A stretch of 64,000 nt of DNA, taken from NCBI RefSeq assembly GCF_006345805.1, contig NC_043014.1, positions 33,666,001-33,730,000 on the forward strand. The letters are read 5' to 3'. Shown in pieces: positions 1 through 10,590 of the stretch (position 1 is the stretch's first letter; the number at the start of each line of letters is the position of its first letter). The stretch comes from Octopus sinensis (taxonomy: Eukaryota). The position numbers and the translations under genes were made by a program. Below the pieces are notes generated by a model, which saw only the letters and a list, made by a program, of their open reading frames with translations, was not told the origin of the DNA and made no database searches.

Positions 1-107
1 GAATATGGGAGTGGGACCGGATATACCAAACGAAATCAGGATACACCATACAAATATTGTATATCACACCAAACATGGATAGATTATGACTTGATTATAT
101 AAACATA

Positions 108-109
108 TG

Positions 110-148
<39 letters not shown>

Positions 149-150
149 CA

Positions 151-209
<59 letters not shown>

Positions 210-264
210 GCTGCTGCTACTGCAGTTGCTGCTATTACTACTGCTGCTTCTACTACTACTGCTT

Positions 265-309
<45 letters not shown>

Positions 310-340
310 ACTACTACTACTACTATCATTATCATCATTA
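108..340. repeat. Compound (ACT)n/(GCT)n trinucleotide microsatellite
   Basis: Direct reading; explains the poly-Y/C/S ORFs at 84-439. Confidence 0.97.
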
Positions 341-477
341 TTATTGAGTGAGAGAGCAGTGCATGTCATCAAAATGACATTGGGGTACAAATATACCAAA
401 CCCAATATAATCCTGATGATGTCTTTGAATAAGGTTTAAGGATGATGAATGAAACACTCATGTACCCAGGGATGAAT

Positions 478-638
478 TATTCAAACCCCCAAAGAATTCC
501 TCTCAACACATAGCTATGATGCTCCCCCTCTTCTGCTCGTGATCAGAGATACACATATCGTCAACCACTAAGGGACATGCTCAACTAGTAAAAGTCAAGC
601 AACTGACAAGCAAATCTGTGGTATTAAGCAGAATATTT
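478..638 (+). mobile_element. Dispersed repeat (probable SINE fragment); second copy at 15431-15590 on the opposite strand
   Basis: TATTCAAACCCC..AAAGAAT..CCTCAACACAT...CATGCTCAA..GTCAAGCAACTGACAAGCAAATCT..GCAGAATATTT aligns with the reverse complement of 15431-15590. Confidence 0.75.
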
Positions 639-751
639 GTTGTTGTCCATCTTTTATATCAAAACAAAACAGGTACATGATAGCACTTCCAATCAGTTAA
701 GATGAAAAGCCCTGGGAGCCACTGCCTGGTACTGCATCAGGGTAATTGATA

Positions 752-771
752 TTATTATTATTATTGTTATA

Positions 772-814
<43 letters not shown>

Positions 815-1190
815 TCACTTAACAGATTAGACTATTGGAAAAGAAAAGAACCCTAACATCGAGCTACAACAAGTAGCCTTAGATGCCAAGAACTCTCCTA
901 AGTATCCTAGCTGTCCATAATAACACTGTTTCCTGCAGCTGTATTAACTGGATTTCATGCCTATTTCCTCTATCCACCTGTTCAGATCTTTAAGAATAGT
1001 TCCTAATGCACCTATAACTACTGGGATACATTTTACCTGCACTTGCCATAGTCTATGTAATTCAATAGCTAGGTCCTCGTAGTCTGCTATTTTTTCTATA
1101 CTTTTCATATTAATTTTTTCAACATTTGCAACTGTAAAATCAATTATCTGGCATTTTCTATTCCCTTTATCTACTACCAAATTAGGCATT
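752..1190 (-). mobile_element. 5'-truncated R4/Dong-like non-LTR retrotransposon 3' end (RLE endonuclease C-terminus) with (TAA)n tail
   Basis: Minus strand PNLVVDKGNRKCQIIDF...EKIADYEDLAIELHRLWQVQVKCIPVVIGALGT, then after a frameshift LQETVLLWTARILRRVLGI* (stop 879-881), a short 3' UTR and (TAA)n at 752-811. Matches the PD..D..K RLE domain and the LQK..LLGTARILR.VL terminus of R4-clade elements. Confidence 0.85.
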
Positions 1191-1680
1191 ATAATTTTTT
1201 TTTTCTTATCACAGATTTTGTTGGAACTCCTGGAGTCTTGCATGCGTAGTGGGCTTATTACATGCTGCCTACGGTACCATGCTATCCGTTCTTTTCAGCT
1301 ATCTAATACTTTCCTGATTATTCTGGCCGTGCCAAGGAGGCAAATGTTTTGTACCAGTTCTACTGGGCACTCTATTCCAATTTCCTTGATATTCCTCTTG
1401 ATGCCTGATATTGTCTCCAAGGACCTAACAATAATTGGCACTATTTTCACTTTCACTTTCCATAGCTGGGCTATGTCGTGCTTAAAAGGGTTGTATATAT
1501 CCATTTTTTCGCCTTCCTTCTTGAGCACGCAGTATCGACTATATAGCACATGTGGTGCATCTTGTCGACCACAACTAGGTCTGGTCTGTTATGCTCTAGC
1601 ACCTGATCTGTTTGGATTGGGAAATCCCAAAGGATTTTGCTAGTCATTTTGCTATACTTAAATATTCATCTAAATGTCAC
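1191..1680 (-). mobile_element. Second, diverged R4/Dong-like non-LTR retrotransposon 3' end
   Basis: Minus strand KILWDFPIQTDQVLEHNRPDLVVVDKMHHMCYIVD (1640-1534), frameshift, then HDIAQLWKVKVKIVPIIV...VQNICLLGTARIIRKVLDS* (stop 1295-1297), 3' UTR and an A10 tail at about 1195-1204. Confidence 0.88.
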
Positions 1681-2124
1681 CACTTTAGATTTCTCTCGTT
1701 TTGCATGTGTACATATAGACATATTTTGTATTTAATACCCAAACTGTTAGATCTAATATATTTACTTCGTTTATCCGTATAATTGCCTGCCCCCCTCTCT
1801 CTCTCTCTTGCGTTCGCTATTTTACCCTCATTCTGGTCAAACGATCCTCCATGTTTGTTTTCGTTCGGTTTCCTTGTATGTCTCCACTGTCCTGTTTTTG
1901 TTCCCAACTTTGACATTCCATAAATCCAAAATTCTATTTTGGTATTTATGGGAGCAACTGTCTTCGAAGACTCATATTGTCGTTAAATGCTCGAAACGTG
2001 GAGTAGAAAGACAGCTGACAACTAATGAAGGATCGTTCTCCATTTGTTTCTCTCGTTGTTTGCGTATTGTTTTCGTATTTCATGTTGTTTACTGTTGGTG
2101 ACGTCCTGTACCCATCTCTGTCTT

Positions 2125-2164
<40 letters not shown>

Positions 2165-2171
<7 letters not shown>

Positions 2172-2646
2172 CAATTAAGGACTGAACACGAAAAGTGGAC
2201 AGTCAACATGCTAGATATAGACGTTTGAAATATATAGGCATTTGAAATATATATTCAAATGTAATAGGCTGTACTCCATGCACGCGATATTTAGGTATCG
2301 TGTTTGCATCTAGTCCAGCAAATTGCATTTATATCGGACCATGCTGATGATGGCTGCAGTTTTCCTTGCGGAAAATAACAGCCGAAACTAATTAGTACAT
2401 GGGTAAATATTTATTTCGTATATTTTCACTTGTTTATTGCTATGGTTTTGTGCTGAGTTTGATCTGAGAACATAATCTTTTGTGGAGAATGGCGATTTGA
2501 CGTCTATATCTAGCATGTTGACTGTCCACTTTTCGTGTTCAGTCCTTAATTGGTATATATAAATATTTTAATCTTCGGATTCTTTTTTTAATATGCTAGA
2601 CCACTGGTTCTAATTGATAAATATCAATTTCTACCCTAAATTAATT

Positions 2647-2650
<4 letters not shown>
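2165..2650 (+). mobile_element. Penelope-like element terminal-repeat remnant with an inverted 5' segment
   Basis: 2165-2225 is a perfect inverted copy of 2500-2560; contains a hammerhead motif (2339-2402); 2340-2650 is homologous to the reverse complement of about 49750-50080. Confidence 0.65.
2339..2402 (+). ncRNA. Type I hammerhead ribozyme motif (Penelope-associated minimal type)
   Basis: CCATG-CTGATGA-T-GGCTG[CAG TTTTCC TTGC GGAAAA TAA]CAGCC-GAAAC-TAATTA-GT-A-CATGG: 5-bp stem I, 5+6-bp stem II, palindromic stem III (ACTAATTAGT), intact CUGAUGA/GAAAC core, GUA cleavage triplet (predicted cut after 2397). Confidence 0.8.
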
Positions 2651-2695
<45 letters not shown>

Positions 2696-2737
2696 AATAT
2701 ATATATATATGTGTGTTGTGTGTGTGTGTGTGTGTGT

Positions 2738-2770
<33 letters not shown>

Positions 2771-3521
2771 ATGTATGTTTGCGTGACGGGATTCTTTCAG
2801 TTTCCGTCTACCAAACAACTTCTCTTCATTGTTGTTTTAGAAAAACAATCGCAAACTGGTCATTTTAAAATATTTTTGTAATTTCTTAATATTTCATACG
2901 CTTGAAATTTATATTCTGTAAAAAAGTAGATTCTCCAAAATTCCCTTGTTTCAATTCTTTTAATACCCGTTAATTTCGTAGGGGTAAAGTGGGGGTTCCT
3001 GTCTTTTTTATTCATTTTTACAGTTCATGTTCGTCATTCACTTGAAATCTGGAGGGAAAAATTGTAGCAAAATTTTGTTTTACCCTCGACATCCTGTTTT
3101 AAGACGAGACATTTTTTCTGGCAGTGTTTATGTAAAAAAACACCATTTAATCTGCCGTAACTTTTCATTTACTAATCTTTCCGACGGCTTTTCCGCATTT
3201 ATGCTTTACTTACTCAACCATTAATGAATTAAAACAAACAATTGAATATTTTTCAAATTTAGTAGTGGAGGTGTTTAAAAAAATGCAAGCTTAAATAGCT
3301 TTGCTTTTGAAAATTCATAAATGCTAAGGTTCGTAAAATATGAAGGCGAAAATGTTATCGGAATAATTTTAAAAGTTTAACCCACTCAATTATATTTTTC
3401 AAATGTTATTACTGAAACAAAAAATGAAATGAACGTTTTGGATACTATGACACTCTTAGCTTGTTCTCGTAAAGAAGATCAGCTTACCAAGTCTTCAATA
3501 TCAAACATATCAAAATACGTT

Positions 3522-3587
<66 letters not shown>

Positions 3588-3680
3588 GTGTGTGTGTGTT
3601 CAAGTGAAAAAAACAAAACACTGGTAATATGAAGAAAAATGATCCTAGGGAATTTGAACTAGAGACAAATTCTGCTCATA

Positions 3681-3749
<69 letters not shown>

Positions 3750-3754
3750 TGTAT

Positions 3755-3960
3755 ACTAGCAGAGCCACCCGGCGTTGCTCAGGATTAAAATTAAATAAAC
3801 GCTTATATTTTCTGAAAATGTGAAATTTAAAAATTTAAAGAATATGCTTTTAAATTACATAACGTAGTTATTTAGAGTTATGGAGCGATAAAAATGTATA
3901 TCTAATAATTTAAGAGCATTTTTGCAAATAAGTATTTTAATTTTTAATATTCGATGTTAT
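3755..3960 (-). mobile_element. Non-autonomous Helitron-like 3' terminus
   Basis: Minus strand ...CCTGAGCAACGCCGGGTGGCTCTG-CTAG|T: GC-rich subterminal hairpin-like motif plus CTAG; resembles the end of the Helitron at 60905-60935. Upstream limit uncertain. Confidence 0.6.
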
Positions 3961-4059
3961 ACTGTAAGACAGATCATTTCTGTTTGATTATATCATCCAA
4001 AGAGCTTTCGACCTGAGTAAACGAAGTAGTGTACCATCAGATGCAATCAAACATTGTCC

Positions 4060-4500
4060 ATCTGCGTTAGTTGAAATAGACTGTTCAGTAAGTGGTCCAC
4101 AACATGCCAACGACATTTTCAAAGAAACTAGCGGATTTTCTGGTTATCCTCCATCAAGGCAGCTGCGAAAATCTACTGAAAGGATGGACTGATGAAGAAC
4201 AGGAAAACGACTTCTGTTGACATAAATGATGCTCAGCAGAAATATTACAAGCAGATTGGTGTCACTGCCATAAAAAATTGACCGAGTTAGTTTGGGCTTG
4301 TGGATGTGTTACCCGTAAAAATCCGACTGCCAAGATTCAGAAAGTCAGAAATATTAGAATTGGACGTGATTAGGTTGGTGAAAAATCATGCGGACTCCTG
4401 AATCGAAATGTTGTGTTCAGCTCTGACAGCCGAGTGTATGTCCGACGTCGTACAGAAGGAAAATTTCACCAGAGTGCATGAATTTGATAGTTAAGCATAG
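4060..4500 (+). pseudogene. Degraded Tc1-like transposase remnant
   Basis: Frameshifted segments IFKETSG..PPSRQLRKSTERMD, NRKTTSVDINDA, KY*NWT*LGW*KIMRTPESK and SDSRVYVRRRTEGKFHQ, collinear with the Tc1 motifs ETG...SGRPRKT, NWT..DW.KV.WSDESKF and DGR.YVRRR.GE. Confidence 0.65.
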
Positions 4501-4673
4501 TGGTGGTTATGTCATGGATTAGTACTTTGTATCTGAAAAAGAAGGCTGCTTCATATATCACACTGAGAGCATTAGGAAGAATATACCTCCCAGGATGTCT
4601 TGGAGATGAACGCACTTCCAAATGCAAAGAGTAATTTTGAGCCATTCGTGTATTTTTCAGCATGTCGCGGACC

Positions 4674-4679
<6 letters not shown>

Positions 4680-4709
<30 letters not shown>

Positions 4710-4716
4710 GTATATA

Positions 4717-4764
<48 letters not shown>

Positions 4765-5075
4765 TGCATGCATACATACATACATACATACATACATACA
4801 TACATACATACATACATACATACATACATACATACATACATACGCACTCATGTATACACTTTAAATGTTTTTAAAGTAATGTTCATATTTATGGCGTTAT
4901 TGATACTCCGATTAAATTGCATTTAACTAAGTTAAAATATTCGTTTATGAATTTATATAATTTAATAAACAAATGTCTTTCTAATTATACAAAGTTTTAA
5001 TCGCTAAAGATTAATTAAATGGAAATAACGTTTATTCATCATTATGCTCTTATCTTTAAATTAAATGAGGAAACC

Positions 5076-5115
<40 letters not shown>

Positions 5116-5241
5116 GTATATATACACACACACACACTCATTGCGTGTTTTTAAATCGTACATCATACATATATACATGTATAAAGACACACATACATAC
5201 ATACATGCATACATACATACATACATACATACATACATACA

Positions 5242-5272
<31 letters not shown>

Positions 5273-5290
5273 GTAAATATATATATGCAT
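4680..5290. repeat. Two compound (CA)n/(TA)n/(TACA)n microsatellite blocks (4680-4845, 5080-5290)
   Basis: Direct reading; source of the HTYI/MYVC ORFs. Confidence 0.95.
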
Positions 5291-5547
5291 ATTTGTATGA
5301 TGTATAATATGATTTAAAAACTTATGCAGAACAAACCATTGGAGCATACTTCATCTCAACAGATTTGCATCTGTGGGATATACTTCTCATAACAGAAGTC
5401 AACTAAGCAGAAAATTCTTCTTAAAATAACGGTATTTATTTACATGAAAAAATATATGGCAAAATTTCAACTTCTGCCTCAAATTTCGCATGTCACATCT
5501 TGGGTAAATGTCATTTTCTGTTGCTTCGTATTTACTCATATCTTGTG

Positions 5548-5690
5548 AAATCGGGTAGACAAGAAAGTGAAATCGTGTTGAGGGTAACTGAAATTTGGTA
5601 GACGGGAAGTTAAATTTGGTAGACGGAAATTGAAATTGGGCAAACGGAAAGTGAAATTGTGTAGACGGAAAGTGAAAGTATGTAGACGGT
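5548..5690 (+). repeat. 21-bp minisatellite, about 7 degenerate units (consensus GAAATTTGGTAGACGGAAAGT)
   Basis: Units start at about 5548, 5570, 5590, 5611, 5632, 5653 and 5674. Confidence 0.9.
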
Positions 5691-5706
5691 GGTGGTGGTG
5701 GTGGTT

Positions 5707-5746
<40 letters not shown>

Positions 5747-5910
5747 CGTAGGTGGTGGCGATGGTGGTGGAATTGGTGGCATTGGTGGTGGTGGCATTAG
5801 TAATGATAATATTTATAATGGTACGCGGTTGTGGTTTCTGTGATGGTGATGGTGATAGTGGTGGTGGTGGTGGTGGCGGCGGCGGTGGCGGCGGCGGCGG
5901 CGGTGGTGGT

Positions 5911-5948
<38 letters not shown>

Positions 5949-6050
5949 CGGCGGTGGCGGCGGCGGCGGTGGTGGTGGTGGTAGTGGTGGTGGTGGTGGT
6001 GATGGTGGTGGCGGTGCTGATGGTGGTGAGGATGATGTTTGGCGGGGGTG
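5690..6050. repeat. (GGT)n/(GTA)n/(GGC)n compound trinucleotide repeat
   Basis: Direct reading; explains the poly-G/A/V ORFs. Confidence 0.95.
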
Positions 6051-6429
6051 ATAGCACTGATGATAGTGATAATGGTTCTAGTCGTAGAAGTAGCAGCATA
6101 TGTAACAGTTGCAGTGGTGGCAACGATCGCTAGTGTTGGCTACGTCAAAGAAACTTGAACGTCGGCTGGTTTGCATTTGACGGTTCAATTTGTAAGGTCA
6201 ACCATTGCATCATGGCGCCATATCACCTCTCGGTGCATACCGTCTCTCCTCGTTTCTGTTCCCAGATAATCAATCATACACTAGTTGAAGATAAATAAAA
6301 TGGTACTTGTAAGATTTTTCTTTTAATTTTAGCCTTTTTGGTAAACAAGATCTCATCAGATTGTAAATTATATCTAAATGTGTGTGTTTGTGCGCATGTT
6401 TTTGTGTACGTGCATTTAATAAAATATTT

Positions 6430-6869
6430 TTAATGCATGTATGTCTGTGTGTGTGTGCGTGTGTGCGTGTGTGTACGTATGCAGGCTTGTATGTATATGT
6501 ATAAACATATGCATGAGTATATGTATGCATGCATGCATATATGTATGCGTACATGTGTATATATGTATATATATACAATATATATATATGTTATATTATA
6601 TATGTATATATATATAATATTATATATATATATATATATACAATATATATATACATATATATAATATACATCTATATACATATATATATATACATATATA
6701 TATACATATATATATACATATATAATACATATATATATTATACATATATATATACATATATATGTATATTATACATATATATATGCATATATATATACTA
6801 TACATATATATATATATATATACATATATATATGCAATATATACATATATAATATATTATATATATATA

Positions 6870-6911
<42 letters not shown>

Positions 6912-7040
6912 TATATATATATAATATATATACATATATATACAATATATATATATATTATATATATATATATATATTATATTATATATACGTGCATATA
7001 TATATGTGTGTGTCTATGTGTGTGTGTGTTGAATCATAGG

Positions 7041-7080
<40 letters not shown>
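6430..7080. repeat. Degenerate (TA)n/(TACA)n tract ending in (GATA)n
   Basis: Direct reading. Confidence 0.95.
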
Positions 7081-7090
<10 letters not shown>

Positions 7091-7899
7091 TTGTGAAAGA
7101 AGAGAGACAGAAGAGGGAAAGTGGCATGTGTGAGAGAGATAGACAGAGAAATACAGACGGGACAGACAGACAGACAGACAGATAGATAAATAGGCAGAGA
7201 GGAAGATGAACAAACAATATACGAAGTTTCGGTAGACATTCATATGTAAATACACCATCAAACAAACAAACAAGCAGACATGTATATCACTACAGAGATT
7301 GAGTTAGAGATTCACATTGATACATGCTTATACGTCTGTGTTTGTATTTATTTATACATGCATTGTAGAATATATTCGTGTGCCTATGTGTACTCTATAC
7401 AAATTTGTGTCTGTTTGTGTATGTGTCTCTGTGTATGTGTGATTGTGTACGTGTGCCTGAACGTGTGTATGTGTGTTTGTTTGTTAAATTGAATGAGCGA
7501 TTGTATTTCAAATCTCAACAAACATCAATAAGTTTCATAAGGAGATTTAAGAAAATATAAATAAACTACATTAACGGTGATATTGTTACTATCTAGAATA
7601 CCATTTGGAAATGAAAATATAAAACTTAACCCACACTAACCTTCCTACATTACCAACTCATTTAACCATCTGCTTACCTACCTATAAATGGACTCAAACC
7701 TTCCTATCAGTGTACAGTTAACCTCACTACTAACTATACATTTTTCAAAATTATCTTTTAACGTACTAGTTTTGTTTGAAATCTACTTTTAAATACGTAA
7801 ATTGTAATCTAAATACGTAAATTCTAAGTACTTGTGGCGCCATATGTTGCTTTAAAAAGCATGTAACTTGATTAAAGATGTGAAGGAAAATTGTAATAT

Positions 7900-8300
7900 A
7901 TTCTTTTCTACTCTAGGCACAAGGCCCGAAATTTGGGGGAGCGGGGCCAGTCGATTAGATCGACCCCAGTACGCAAATGGTGCTTAATTTATCGACCCCG
8001 AAAAGATGAAAGGCAAAGTCGACCTCAGCAGAATTTGAACTCACAACGTAAAGACCGACGAAATACCTATTTCTTTACTACCCACAAGGGGCTAAATACA
8101 GAGAGGACAAACAAGGACAGGCAAACGGATTAAGTCGATTACATCGACCCCAGTGCGTAACTGGTACTTATTTAATCAACCCCGAAAGGATGAAAGGCAA
8201 AGTCGACCTCGGTGGAATTTGAACTCAGAACGTAGCGGCATACGAAATACCGCTAAGCATTTTGCCCGGCGTGCTAATGCTTCTGCTATCTCGCCGCCTT
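7900..8300 (-). mobile_element. tRNA-derived SINE, group A (GGCGGCGAGCTGGCAGAA head), internally reiterated
   Basis: Reverse complement gives the A-box-like head, B box GAGTTCAAATTCC and body CGACTTTGCCTTTCATCCTTTCGGGGTCGATAAATTAAGTACCAG present twice. Confidence 0.9.
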
Positions 8301-8938
8301 GAAAATTCTAATATATTGTTTGTTCAATGGATTTTTAATGGGAAGTAAATTCTCCATAACAAACATTCAATGAATGAGAGGAAGTTCGATATTGATATCC
8401 ATACGTTAGAGGAGCTTATTTTATTGATCTCAAAGACCAATAGAAGAAAAAAAAACATCAAAGCGAACACCATCAGCATTTGAACACACATATACAAATT
8501 AGTGTGTCTACTTTCGTTTCTTTATTTCTTTTCTTGCAAAATAATCCAAATTCCAGAAACATATTATCCATCTAGATATATCTTGAAAATATAGATGTAT
8601 GCTGCATACAGCGAAAGTATGCTCTTTCTACACGTGGTGGTGGAATTGCTCCAGCTGTACATGGTCTAATCTCTCTACCCTACAAATCTTTACATTTATG
8701 CACCAGCAGGTCACAATGCATCTATTTACCTTTTCAAAGACGCTGCATGGTATATCCACCATGACTCTTGTCCATTCTATTCTTACAAATTTGACCGTTA
8801 TCAACAGTAGGAAAGTAATTTCGTAGTGACTGTTCCAACAACTATGTTCCTCCCTCCGCTCTCCTGCAGGAAATTCCGACGCCATGGTTTAAAAAAAAAC
8901 AAATAACTTAGATTTTACACACACACACACACACCACA

Positions 8939-8983
<45 letters not shown>

Positions 8984-9093
8984 ATATATATATATATCCG
9001 TAATAATGAAGGGTGAAATAATTATGGAATAATTATCAATTACACCAAGTAGTCTCGGCATGTAAAGCCTCATCGAGGAAAATTTAAGTAATA

Positions 9094-9382
9094 CTAAGCA
9101 ATAAAGGGTCAACGATTGCCTTACCACATACCGAATTTAGAAATAGCAGTCAAAGAGTTATAGCTATTCTTCTACTAAAAAGGGAGATCTCAGTTAAACA
9201 GCAATTGGAAGGCAGACACAAACAGGTAAGAGAGAAATTGACGGCAATCTATCATACAATTTTAGTTATCTACGGACGCACGTTTCGAAATCAAGTTTTT
9301 AGGAAAGCCAAAGAATTAAATCTTTGACTGTATTTCTAAATTCGGTATGTGTAAGGCAATTCGTTGCTAAACCTTTACTTAG
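9094..9382. mobile_element. MITE with about 65-bp imperfect TIRs and TA flanks
   Basis: CTAAG..AAGG..CAACGATTGCCTTACCACATACCGAATTTAGAAATAGCAGTCAAAGA (9094-9157) is the inverted copy of 9321-9382; TA at 9092-9093 and 9383-9384. Confidence 0.8.
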
Positions 9383-9561
9383 TATATATATATATATTAA
9401 GACTCATAGGGCCGAAATCAAAGTGAAACCCATCATTTCCCTTGGATACTGGTCGTTTTAGCTCCCCAGTAGTTCAAACATTTCAACATGCAGATATCTC
9501 AAAACAGTCAAACAACAAAACTTAAGAGCAGTTTGGAGGGCGTCTTACCAATACATAAACA

Positions 9562-9614
<53 letters not shown>

Positions 9615-9629
9615 TGATGATGATGATGA

Positions 9630-9810
9630 TGGCCTTAAATTTTGGGGGAAGGGGCCTAGTCATTTCATTGACCCCAATATTTGACTGGTACTTATTTTAT
9701 CAACTCCGAAAGGACGAAAGACAAAGTCCGTCGCGGCGGAATTTTAACTCAGAACGTAAAGACGGACGAAATGCATGTAAGCATTTTGTCCGGCGTGCAA
9801 ACGACCCTTT
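9630..9810 (-). mobile_element. SINE group A, degenerate copy
   Basis: Aligns with the other group A copies. Confidence 0.8.
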
Positions 9811-10229
9811 ATTAGCAACCAGAGCTCACACAGAAACGAGCACATTGTATGAAAAAGGTTATAGAAAAAAGAGGGTGTTTTACAGTTGTAAAGAAAAACA
9901 AGTATGGTAACAATAACATTTTAACAATGAGTCTACACCAGTAGGATGGAGATCTCCGATAGCTACAATCCATGGAAATCCCACAAAAATACGATCACTT
10001 TGATCACTATGGCAAGCCTCCTCCCTAAGCTGTCCTCTGATTCTAAAACGCATGCTTTCATCCATCACTCTCATCCATCTTATAACATTTGTTTCAGAGT
10101 TTTGTTTGAAATCTACTTTTAAATACGTAAATTGTAATCTAAATACGTAAATTCTAAGTAGTTGTGGCGCCATACGTAGCTTTAAAAAGCATGTAACTTT
10201 ATTAAAGATGTGAAGGAAAATTGTAATAT

Positions 10230-10590
10230 ATTCTTTTCTACACTAGGCACAAGGCCCGAAATTTTGGGGGAGCGGGGCCTAGCTCTGAAAGAAGAGAGGG
10301 ACTTCGTAGACCCCAGTGGTTATTGGGTACTTTATTGTATCGACCCTGAAATATTAAAAGGCAAAGTTGAACTCGAAACAATTTAAACTCAGAAAGTAAA
10401 TAGTCGATACAAATATTGATTTCAAATTTTGGCAAAAGGCCAGCAATTTCGGGGAGGAGATAAATCGATTACATCTATACCAGAATTCAACTGGTACATA
10501 TTTTATCGATGTGAACTCAGACCGTAAAGGAGGACGAAATACTGCTAAGCATTTTGCTCGGCGTGTTAATGATTCTGCCTGCTCGCCGCC
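10230..10590 (-). mobile_element. SINE group A, degenerate two-unit copy
   Basis: Head CTCGCCGCCTT at about 10582-10592; body reiterated. Confidence 0.8.

Noticed and set aside
5399-5797. 132-aa ORF with a poly-P/L start and FPSTKF heptad repeats
   Set aside because: Fully explained by the (GGT/GTA)n tract plus the 21-bp minisatellite; no splice or homology support.
6180-6300. Splice-like signals on both strands (minus frame CMIDYLGTETRRD)
   Set aside because: Plus-strand version has stops in all frames; the minus version has a mediocre donor (GTATGC) and no recognisable peptide.
8560-8900. Faint resemblance to piggyBac transposase C-terminal motifs on the minus strand
   Set aside because: Needs several frameshifts and the key GGVD motif is not preserved; no TTAA/TIR seen.
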